From IMG/VR virus record IMGVR_UViG_3300020435_000116, positions 1 through 64,000 of that record: DNA of 64,000 nt, one strand, 5' to 3'. Below are positions 10,102-18,408 of this stretch, in pieces. A program made the translations under genes and the position numbers. The notes below the pieces were generated by a model. That model was not told the DNA's origin. It was given only the letters and a program-made list of their open reading frames with translations, and ran no database searches. This DNA comes from an uncultured virus (IMG/VR IMGVR_UViG_3300020435_000116) (taxonomy: Duplodnaviria > Heunggongvirae > Uroviricota > Caudoviricetes). Position 1 is the first letter of the stretch. Each line of letters starts with the position of its first letter.

Positions 10102-10370
10102 CGTCCTTTGCTCGTATCGTAGTTATAATAGTCTACACCCTTTTCAATAGCCGAGTCGCTAGTGAACGCGCGGTGACCTCGTACTTTAACCGTGTTAGTG
10201 GTAACGTCAACAATTTCAAACCAAACAAAAGGTATACCTTGTATGGTTTCATTAGTTGCGTTCTTTTCTAACCACGTTAAAAGTGCTTTAGGTTGTTGAG
10301 CGCCTGTTTGAAAATCACCCATCCCGCCTTTAGGTTGACCGGTGCCTGCAAATAGCCAAAAACGTTTCAT
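10068..10370 (-). CDS. Hypothetical protein
   Basis: 100-aa ORF with AGGAG RBS. N-terminal KRFWLFAG..PKGGMGDF is a pattern seen in phage proteins. Confidence 0.6.
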   Translation of the reverse strand: MKRFWLFAGTGQPKGGMGDFQTGAQQPKALLTWLEKNATNETIQGIPFVWFEIVDVTTNTVKVRGHRAFTSDSAIEKGVDYYNYDTSKGRWTKLKNKPSS

Positions 10371-10379
10371 ACCGACTCC

Positions 10380-11846
10380 TTAGGCAAATTGTTTCTTAAG
10401 CGTATTTTCCATACCCTTACTCTTACAGTAGTCGTCCCACCAGTAAGGATAGTACTGCTTGCGAGCTAGAAGACAAAGGTCTATTGTAGAAAGGAAGTAC
10501 TTGTCTTCATGTTCTTCTAGCTCTTTAGGTAGCCAGTACCCACGCGTATCGCCAAGAATAACATCCCAACTCACACCTAGGTCGTTGATAGCCTTAAAGA
10601 GATATTCTGGCTCTAAAACAATATCACCCATCCCTTTCCATAGCTGGCTAATCATGCAAAGTTCGCAGGTAATCTCCAAAGCACGTTTAAGCTTAGGGTC
10701 ATTATCTATCAGACCACGCACGGTAGTGCGCTGTAGCAAGCGATCTGGATAAATACTCAATGCGTATTTAAGGTCGTTACCATCTAAGCCAAACTTACGC
10801 TCTTTGATGTAACGGAATTCACTAAGTCCCATGTGTAGACCGTCACGCTGTGAGGCAATGATCTCAAACGGTAAACCAGTCGCACCACTTTTAGAACGCA
10901 ATACTTGAATAGTGATTAATTGTAGATCCATATCACCTGGTGTGCGGTCATCGCTGTCACGAGGAAATAGAGGTGTCTTATCTGCTTTATTCTGAAGCGG
11001 TGTAGCGCTCATGCAGTTGTAAAGGATGTTAGTTAAGAATGTGAAATTCTCAGGACATCTTTTAAGCTTAGTACCCTGTTTAAGGAACTGTAGTTTCTTC
11101 TTAGATGGAGCATATGGGTCATCTAAGATTTCATCACCTAGGTGAGCTGTCATGGTCATGTAAAAACCACTACTAGATACCAGCTTAGGTATCTGAATTA
11201 CCATTTGACTCTTAGCGGCACCTACGCGAGCTGCCTCCATGTTCATTTTAGAATCACCAATCTGATTCTTATCGTAAATCGCATCAACCGAATCAATGTT
11301 CATGTTGGAGATAGAGTCAATCCCTGCCATGGTAGGTCTTAGCATAGTAAGGTGCTTTCCGTCTTTACCGATAAACGGTGTGGTGAGGATAGCTTTCTTA
11401 TCTTTAACCTTTGCTTTAGCAAACTCTTTAATCTGGTGGAAGTAGTGGTTACCACTCATCCCGTTGTTATCGGTCACTAGAACCGCACCAGTCTCTTCTA
11501 CATCCCATCCTTTTAATCCAGGATAGAAATTACCTAAGTGTTCAATACGAGCTGGAGTTAACGATGATTCACTATCGTAAACTAGACAGACTGATTGTTG
11601 TCCTGCCTTGTTGAACACATCACCATAGCGCTCGGTGGCGCTTAAGTTGAAGTGATTCATGACAGTGGTCTTATATGTGTTGGCACGACCACAGATGCCA
11701 AGAAAGTGAGGGTAGCCGCCGTTGAGTATATGCTCGCCATGCTCGCCAACCTGATAACTACCTGACTGGACGTCAAATAGACTGCCAACGTTTAGCATTG
11801 GTCTTATTTTTGGTACACTGACAAAGAAGTCACTTGGATTTGCCAT
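10380..11846 (-). CDS. uvsX: RecA/UvsX-like recombinase (phiKZ gp152-like)
   Basis: Walker A-like GRANTYKTT, YDSESS and Walker B-like GIDSIS. 488 aa, close to RNase H as in phiKZ-like phages. Confidence 0.8.
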   Translation of the reverse strand: MANPSDFFVSVPKIRPMLNVGSLFDVQSGSYQVGEHGEHILNGGYPHFLGICGRANTYKTTVMNHFNLSATERYGDVFNKAGQQSVCLVYDSESSLTPARIEHLGNFYPGLKGWDVEETGAVLVTDNNGMSGNHYFHQIKEFAKAKVKDKKAILTTPFIGKDGKHLTMLRPTMAGIDSISNMNIDSVDAIYDKNQIGDSKMNMEAARVGAAKSQMVIQIPKLVSSSGFYMTMTAHLGDEILDDPYAPSKKKLQFLKQGTKLKRCPENFTFLTNILYNCMSATPLQNKADKTPLFPRDSDDRTPGDMDLQLITIQVLRSKSGATGLPFEIIASQRDGLHMGLSEFRYIKERKFGLDGNDLKYALSIYPDRLLQRTTVRGLIDNDPKLKRALEITCELCMISQLWKGMGDIVLEPEYLFKAINDLGVSWDVILGDTRGYWLPKELEEHEDKYFLSTIDLCLLARKQYYPYWWDDYCKSKGMENTLKKQFA

Positions 11847-11912
11847 AATGGGGCCTTATAGTTAGTAAAGATCATCTCAAATAATGAAAGACATCTGTCG
11901 ATTTAAACACAC

Positions 11913-11943
11913 ACGGCATAAAGCAGGGCATCAATGCCCTGCA
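11913..11943 (-). terminator. Hairpin followed by TTTATGCCGT
   Basis: On the minus strand: gcagggca-ttga-tgccctgc then tttatgccgt, spanning the stop codon of 11931..12362. Confidence 0.6.
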
Positions 11944-12362
11944 ATATACCTCTCAAATTCCGCATCACTCACCCGCCTAACCGACGGATCATTTAACTCC
12001 ATTAATACTACACGGTACACCAGCAACGTGTCTTCCTGCATGAGGTCGCTATTGTAGCCGTACTTAAGCCAATCTGGTACTGAGCGTTCTATGTCATCCA
12101 TAGATATCTGGTTATGCGTTACTACTTCTTCAGATATCTTTTGGCCTAATGGAGTATCTCTCCATATTGTCTCAGTAAACAAAGCCGGTAAATTAAACGT
12201 TTCATCATTAGGTGTCCAATCTAAACAGACACCATAAAGACGACTATAGTTAACTTCTCGATGACTCCTACGAACCAGAAAGGTAAACAATGTGGTAATG
12301 TAGAAAAGACGTTTCATCATATCCGGCATGAAGCGTTTGCATAATGCGGTGGATACAGACAT
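11931..12362 (-). CDS. Hypothetical protein
   Basis: 143-aa ORF with AGGAGG RBS. Confidence 0.65.
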   Translation of the reverse strand: MSVSTALCKRFMPDMMKRLFYITTLFTFLVRRSHREVNYSRLYGVCLDWTPNDETFNLPALFTETIWRDTPLGQKISEEVVTHNQISMDDIERSVPDWLKYGYNSDLMQEDTLLVYRVVLMELNDPSVRRVSDAEFERYIAGH

Positions 12363-12375
12363 ACGTCACCTCCTG

Positions 12376-13734
12376 TTAGATGATACGCGTATTGGAATAG
12401 CCGCAGGCCCAAATACCAATATCGTCCTCAGTTTCTAAAATGAATCCATAGTTAAAGGATGTCTTAGATGCTGGCCAAGTTAAGATACTAATGCGTTTAA
12501 TCTCTTTCGATAGCGCCGCCAACGCATTCCTTGATGGGATATCAATGCCGAATGTTAATGTTACTTCAGTGAATCCTGTCGTAAGGCCCACGCCGTGTTC
12601 AACATCTAGGTTAATAGACTTAATGCCGGTAGGAAGCTCTTTACTAAACTCAAAGACTTCACGTTCGGTTTTACCTTTGCCTTTAGTTACACGGCTATAG
12701 AATTTGTCAGTAACATCAGTCAAACGCCATTTATCAGGCAGTTCACCATCAATAACTTTCTTCAAACGTTCTTCTAAGTTACTCATTACATCAAGCAAGT
12801 AAAAGCTACGACCTACAGGCCTTACTTCACTAGTCAGCGGTTGTTTGTTAAAAGTAAGAATGTTACGCGTCTTAGGTTTACGACTGGTATGAATTGTACC
12901 ATTGTTAACTAGTTCACCGTAATTCTTAGACGAGAAGATATCGGTTAAGTGTCCAGTGAACATTAACTGCTCGCCTTCTTCCACATAACGGTTCTGGTGA
13001 TCACGTAACTTCTCTAGTACACTATCAGGTTCTTTTAAATAAAGAACGCTATGACCTGCATCAGATTCAGGCTTGCCGATAATCTCATGATTACCACAAT
13101 AATAAACATGATGACCAGTTTCGGTTTGATTAATGGTGTTAGTGTTGAAATACCAGAAGTTATGATTAAAGAGTCGGTTATACGGTGGAACTTTATCTTT
13201 GCCGTATTTTGCTTTCTCTACACATTCATGAAAAGAGACATGGTGGCCGTTGGTAGATAACATAACGCCTTTAGTTGCGTTCTTATCAGCAATCTCATTG
13301 CCTTTGGTGCCGACGTGTGCTCTTGTCCATTTAAAAGTAATCTGATTACCTTTACCTGTGAATTCCGCTCGGGCGTTAGCTAATGCTTCCCAATAATCCC
13401 GATTCTTAACTGGCTCACCATCGTGACGTAACCAGTTGTTAGCTTCCCATTTCTCATAACGGTCATTGATGCCGTCAACAACATAACGTGAGTCAGAGAT
13501 AACCAGAAGTTCATTGACATCGTTTTGATTGGCGATATCAACAACTTCTTTTACAGCCGCTAGTTCAGCTACATTGTTAGTTGTTAACTCTTTGATACTA
13601 CCCCAACCGTCGTAGACATAGTCGCCTATCTCGCCATGGTAGCCCCATCCTGCGTAACCTTTACCGCTGCTATGGCCTCTGCACCCACCGTCGCTATAAA
13701 ACGTGGCGCTTAAAGATGGTTCTTGTTTACTCAT
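12376..13734 (-). CDS. rnhA: Ribonuclease HI with long C-terminal extension (phiKZ gp155-like)
   Basis: Catalytic motifs YSDGG, TNNVAEL, SDSRYV and WTRAHVGTKGNEIAD. Confidence 0.9.
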   Translation of the reverse strand: MSKQEPSLSATFYSDGGCRGHSSGKGYAGWGYHGEIGDYVYDGWGSIKELTTNNVAELAAVKEVVDIANQNDVNELLVISDSRYVVDGINDRYEKWEANNWLRHDGEPVKNRDYWEALANARAEFTGKGNQITFKWTRAHVGTKGNEIADKNATKGVMLSTNGHHVSFHECVEKAKYGKDKVPPYNRLFNHNFWYFNTNTINQTETGHHVYYCGNHEIIGKPESDAGHSVLYLKEPDSVLEKLRDHQNRYVEEGEQLMFTGHLTDIFSSKNYGELVNNGTIHTSRKPKTRNILTFNKQPLTSEVRPVGRSFYLLDVMSNLEERLKKVIDGELPDKWRLTDVTDKFYSRVTKGKGKTEREVFEFSKELPTGIKSINLDVEHGVGLTTGFTEVTLTFGIDIPSRNALAALSKEIKRISILTWPASKTSFNYGFILETEDDIGIWACGYSNTRII

Positions 13735-13798
13735 CGGTTACATTCCATTATTACTTTTAATTTAAGTCTCTATAAAAATAAGCCAGGCCTGTAAACCC

Positions 13799-14269
13799 CT
13801 ACTTAACTTCACACTGTTGATTAAAACGCTTAACATCGTCTAAGTAAATCTCACGGAGATTGTAAGCATAGTTGTAAAGCTCACGTGTATATTCCCCAAA
13901 TGCATTAAATGCCTCTTCCTCGTTACTATACGTAGATAAGTCTACGGACTCCGGTAAGGGTTTAATAGCTGGAACAGGAAAAGGTATAAAACGACTACAG
14001 GGACCCTCGTGTCTTTTATCTTCCAATGCACGCTCTAGCTGCACGATGTAAAGCTCTAGACGCTCATGGTAGCGCTTCAACGCGTTGAGGTAGCGCTTAG
14101 CAGGATGCTCTTGATCAACAGCGTCCCAGTTCCATATAAAGGTATCCATCGTAGGGGGTGGATCTATTGGATCTACGAGTGGATGATTCTGAGGTGGGGT
14201 TTCTGGCTGGTTAGAGCTAACACAACTTCCCAACAATATGGTGGTTGCAATGATGATAGGACGAAGCAT
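13799..14269 (-). CDS. Lipoprotein, putative o-spanin
   Basis: Signal peptide with lipobox LLGSC, Pro-rich segments, 1-bp overlap with the upstream TM/coiled-coil gene. Confidence 0.55.
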   Translation of the reverse strand: MLRPIIIATTILLGSCVSSNQPETPPQNHPLVDPIDPPPTMDTFIWNWDAVDQEHPAKRYLNALKRYHERLELYIVQLERALEDKRHEGPCSRFIPFPVPAIKPLPESVDLSTYSNEEEAFNAFGEYTRELYNYAYNLREIYLDDVKRFNQQCEVK

Positions 14270-14757
14270 TAGTCTTTCCCTATTTGATTTAGTTTATCCA
14301 AGATACTACGCCTATTGGCTCCCGTTGAGGGTTGAACAATAGGAGGTGGTGTGACCGTAGCGGCGTTAGCCTTACATTGAGCAAGGCGTGTTTCTAAATG
14401 AGTGATCGTTGCTTTAAATTGAATAGCGTCGTTAGCATGCTTTTGCAATATAGCATTTTGAGAAGGACTGGGTACTCCGTCCCTTTTCATTTGATCTATC
14501 TCTTGGTTTAATGACGTGACCTTTTTATTAAGGGCGTCTATTTCTTTTTCTTTACCCGCAAGATCAAGTTCAATACCACGCGCATCAAAATACAGGATGC
14601 CTGTTCCTACTAGCGATACAACCAGTAGAAGCATTAGCATTCGACCCTTAGAGGGATCTTTATGTCCGGACATGTTGGCCTTCTCCCCCTTTAATAATGT
14701 GAGTAGAAACGGTAGAAATTGGGGCAGGGCTTTAATAAAAGCAATGAATAGTGTCAA
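14269..14757 (-). CDS. Membrane-anchored coiled-coil protein, putative i-spanin
   Basis: TM segment MLMLLLVVSLVGTGILYF followed by a coiled coil and a single Cys. Confidence 0.5.
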   Translation of the reverse strand: MTLFIAFIKALPQFLPFLLTLLKGEKANMSGHKDPSKGRMLMLLLVVSLVGTGILYFDARGIELDLAGKEKEIDALNKKVTSLNQEIDQMKRDGVPSPSQNAILQKHANDAIQFKATITHLETRLAQCKANAATVTPPPIVQPSTGANRRSILDKLNQIGKD

Positions 14758-14811
14758 TGTGTTGCTCCCTACCTTAGTTGAATACGATGATTAATTTGGA
14801 GTCGATTTATA

Positions 14812-16128
14812 ATGAGTACAGTTAAAGGGTTTGTCATTATCAATGATTTGATAAACAATGATAAGAATACCCTCTCCCCGGTTGGTGAAATGTCATCACA
14901 CGCCCGTTCCTATTCACCAGATAACCGTGAATACAGTTCTAGCACCTATCCTAACTTGCGCATTGCGTTGATGTCTACATTGGACGACAACGGCGAGCAG
15001 ATGGACGTAGGTAATGAAGTAGGCAATGTCCTATTAAACTTAATCGATTATATCGACACCAAGGCGAGAAATGGTGAACTTACGTCAAACAACGCAGTAC
15101 TTAACCAATTCATAGGTAACGACTATCCGTCTATTTCCGTTGGTTTGTTTGTATCAGGAGCCATGGTAGCCTCTGATGCAGGTTACTACTATCCCAGTTA
15201 TATTAACTGGACAGCAAACGGTACGACCTTTACGTTGTGGTTTTCTAATCGTACGTTTATTCGTCAATATGACGAATATGCACTAATACCGATTAAACCA
15301 GTTGAGGAGCTTAACGATTTACATCGTCCTTATACTGAGATATCGGATGTGTTGACAGAAGACCTACCACGTATGTTGGGGATGGCTAATGAGATATCCC
15401 AAGACGCACCTTATACCGCACTAACGCCATATGAAGTGACGTGGAATGATAAACACTCGTCAACAACGAAAAAGTTAACATGGTACGTCGTTCAATATGG
15501 TATAGCAGGTAACAACCCCGATGCCATTGCTGATGCCATTGCAAAATCTATCTTAGAAGATAGCGATTACGATTCAGTAGAATGGTACGATGTATTCCCT
15601 ACCTTATTTAGGCCGACAGAGTTCATTATCGTCCCTATGTGGCATCGTGTGGCCATTGAAGAGCAAACGGGACTTGCAGGTACCTATTCGCCATCGGTTA
15701 ACTACCAGGAAGCAATGGGATTGTCTTTACCAGCGTTAGCTAACTATCCACTTGAGCACGTTGATGCTAACTTGACCGTTAGCCATGCTGCTTATAAAAC
15801 CATTGCTTTCACAGCGGTTGGTGAAATAGGTAACAGTGATGGGATTTTCAAATTTGAAGAAAAGTTCCCAGACTACACCGCCCTATCGGCACAAGAAACA
15901 GACTTTAATCGTCTATCGCCTGAAACACAGGATTGGGTTATCCTCTTTCATAGAATGTTAACCGCTGCTGAGACAGTCAATGAATTCACACAGCTAGATA
16001 CCGACATCTCACGCATTACACGCGATGGGGTAGATTTCCTTATCAGTTCGTATAATGACGTTAACTATCTAGTAGTACAGAAACAAAGTTTCAAGGAGTA
16101 TTATAATGAGCAGCTTGATCAGAGTTAA
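14812..16128 (+). CDS. Virion structural protein (phiKZ gp157-like)
   Basis: 438 aa. N-terminal KGF...PVGEMSSHARSYS and FRPTEFIIVPMW are recalled from phiKZ-like structural proteins. Confidence 0.55.
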   Translation: MSTVKGFVIINDLINNDKNTLSPVGEMSSHARSYSPDNREYSSSTYPNLRIALMSTLDDNGEQMDVGNEVGNVLLNLIDYIDTKARNGELTSNNAVLNQFIGNDYPSISVGLFVSGAMVASDAGYYYPSYINWTANGTTFTLWFSNRTFIRQYDEYALIPIKPVEELNDLHRPYTEISDVLTEDLPRMLGMANEISQDAPYTALTPYEVTWNDKHSSTTKKLTWYVVQYGIAGNNPDAIADAIAKSILEDSDYDSVEWYDVFPTLFRPTEFIIVPMWHRVAIEEQTGLAGTYSPSVNYQEAMGLSLPALANYPLEHVDANLTVSHAAYKTIAFTAVGEIGNSDGIFKFEEKFPDYTALSAQETDFNRLSPETQDWVILFHRMLTAAETVNEFTQLDTDISRITRDGVDFLISSYNDVNYLVVQKQSFKEYYNEQLDQS

Positions 16129-16732
16129 TGATAAAGGACTCTTCACGCTAGCTAATCCGTTTGTTGCTTTAACCGGCGTGGAATATCAAGTTACTCGTCT
16201 TATTACCATCCCGACGCTACTGGCTCAGGGTGTAGATGTATTGCAAGATGTATTTATTGCTAACGGCTTAACCATTGACACGTATAATGATGCAGTTGAC
16301 AATGATATATTGATAGTCACGCTAACAAGCGCTACGGGGACCAGCATTACGTTACCTGCTAATTACATTACAGGCATGCCTAATGTAAACACAGTGCCTT
16401 ATACTCGTCGTATTGTTTCAGTTGATTTAGGTTCGTTACCTAGTAGTCAACCGTTAGACGGTGTTAAGTTATTGTTAAAAGAAACAGTATTAGCAACTGT
16501 AGGTGTTGATGCGGTAGTAAATGAATACTCTGCATCGACAACCGGGTCAGTTAGCATGGATCAACATCTGGAACTTGAACGTGTTCGTGTAAATAAAAGA
16601 GCGGTAGGAGATACGGAGAGACAACGTCGTATTGCTGCTGAGGAAAAAGCACAAGCATATAAAGAAAGGATGTTAGCACTAGAAGCCATTGTTGTACAAC
16701 AACAAGCAAGGCTAAATGAGCAGGACGCATAA
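16106..16732 (+). CDS. Conserved jumbo-phage hypothetical protein
   Basis: 208 aa, AAGGAG RBS, C-terminal coiled coil. Confidence 0.65.
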   Translation: MSSLIRVNDKGLFTLANPFVALTGVEYQVTRLITIPTLLAQGVDVLQDVFIANGLTIDTYNDAVDNDILIVTLTSATGTSITLPANYITGMPNVNTVPYTRRIVSVDLGSLPSSQPLDGVKLLLKETVLATVGVDAVVNEYSASTTGSVSMDQHLELERVRVNKRAVGDTERQRRIAAEEKAQAYKERMLALEAIVVQQQARLNEQDA

Positions 16733-16777
16733 AGACCCTACCTCTACCTTTAGACGGGTAGAGGTAGGTTATGCCGT
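16725..16777. terminator. Bidirectional hairpin element (copy B, inverted near-duplicate of 4075-4126)
   Basis: Its reverse complement is identical to copy A except for the loop. Confidence 0.8.
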
Positions 16778-17790
16778 TAGCCATCAGGAGCATAGACGGT
16801 TTTAGCATTGATAGGATTGGAGGCTTTAAAGTCTTTAAAGTCACCGCTCTTACCTTTGATGGTACCCTCGCCAGTGATACCACCACTTACATTTAGCGCA
16901 CCCCCTATTTTTACATTACCTGTAAATTCAGTATTGGGTGTGGTGTATTTAGTAGACGGGTTATTAACAGTGAGAGGACCTCCTGATTTAATAGAGATAG
17001 ACCCTTTAACATCTACAGTTTCACTACCCCCTACCGTGGTACTGTAGTTACCACCAATATCAAAGGTCATGTGTCGGCCCACTGTAATAGAGACATCGCG
17101 GTCAACCGTAAAGGTCATGTCTTGTGGCGCGTAGCCATTGATGTCTTTCTTATTAAGTTCAAAGAACGTGGTGTCTTTGTTATGGGCTTTGATGTGAGTA
17201 TTAGCGCTGTCTAGGAATAGATAGTTATCAACATCGTCGGTAAAGGTAAATTTACCGTTCTTAGTATCTAATAGACATTGGTAAGCAAAAGGCTCACCGT
17301 TGTTTTTATTAGTAACTAACTCAATCTTAGAATCATGCGTGGAGATAGTAAGGCGATAGCTGTTTTCATCAGTCAGCGCCTCTATGTCTTTAGTGACATC
17401 TGGCTCATTCGACCAACGATAGACAACAGTTTCTAAACGTCGCAGTGGATCGTCTCTCCCCATGCTAGTGTAGAAGTATTTATCAGTGTCAGCATATTGC
17501 CACAATAACACTTGCTCGCCACGCATAAGGTCAGGGGGCGTTTCACGGTTAGTCTCTAGACTTAACCATGTGGCTTTGATCGTTTTATCTACATCTACTT
17601 GTGCTGACCATTCTTTACCAAAACCATCAAGCCCTTTACTAAAGAACGTTGTTTTGTCTTCTTTAACCTCTCCTAATTGAAAAGGAAGTATTTCTATTGG
17701 GGTTATTAAGACTTCGGGGTTATCGCGTTCTTTATTCTCAGCAACTATGCCAATAGAGATTACGCGTAATCGAGTTTGTAAGGTCATCAT
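16777..17790 (-). CDS. Baseplate central spike, gpV/gp5/VgrG-like (phiKZ gp164-like)
   Basis: OB-fold-like N-terminus (TPPDLMRGEQV) and C-terminal beta-helix repeats (SITVGRHMTFDIGGNYSTTVGGSETVDVKG). Adjacent to SbcC. Confidence 0.7.
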   Translation of the reverse strand: MMTLQTRLRVISIGIVAENKERDNPEVLITPIEILPFQLGEVKEDKTTFFSKGLDGFGKEWSAQVDVDKTIKATWLSLETNRETPPDLMRGEQVLLWQYADTDKYFYTSMGRDDPLRRLETVVYRWSNEPDVTKDIEALTDENSYRLTISTHDSKIELVTNKNNGEPFAYQCLLDTKNGKFTFTDDVDNYLFLDSANTHIKAHNKDTTFFELNKKDINGYAPQDMTFTVDRDVSITVGRHMTFDIGGNYSTTVGGSETVDVKGSISIKSGGPLTVNNPSTKYTTPNTEFTGNVKIGGALNVSGGITGEGTIKGKSGDFKDFKASNPINAKTVYAPDG

Positions 17791-17898
17791 TTACCTCGTG
17801 TTAAAGATACCAATCACAACATTAAGACACTAACAGTAATTACCGACTGTCAATTTAAACAGAATAACACTATCTTTTGAGATAGGGAGAACGCCACC

Positions 17899-18408
17899 AT
17901 GGGCATGATACACAGACGTTTTATAGCAAAGAACAAACAAGCAAATAAGCTACGTAAAGAACCAAACGCACTTAAGCCCATCGCACGGGATCAATCTAAA
18001 GATATCATTATTTGTCGATGTGAGAAAATCATTGACGGTGAATCGTACGGTCCTTTTACTGCATCGGTGTACGACACTAGCCTAACTAAGGCAGTTAACT
18101 ATTATAAAGATCAAATGCCTGCGATGCCTGAGCCTAGTGATGAAGGTCTTAGGATGTACCATGGGCTTAGGGTAGGTATGGAGATAAAAGATTTCGGTAC
18201 ATGGTTCCCTAGTCGCCAAGCGGGTGAATTACTAACCCAAGCAGGATTCATTTTTAATATTTATACCATTCATCCAAGTAAAGTACAGTGCGGGAAGTCG
18301 CAGGTTGTGTTCCACTTAGATAATGCAACTAAACTTGCAACGATGGATTTTAAATCCATGCTGGGTTTTTATAACGCATGGATAATGAAAAAAGGAAACG
18401 TAGCGTGA
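17899..18408 (+). CDS. Hypothetical phage protein
   Basis: 169 aa, GGAG RBS, GTGA overlap with the SbcC start. Confidence 0.65.
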   Translation: MGMIHRRFIAKNKQANKLRKEPNALKPIARDQSKDIIICRCEKIIDGESYGPFTASVYDTSLTKAVNYYKDQMPAMPEPSDEGLRMYHGLRVGMEIKDFGTWFPSRQAGELLTQAGFIFNIYTIHPSKVQCGKSQVVFHLDNATKLATMDFKSMLGFYNAWIMKKGNVA

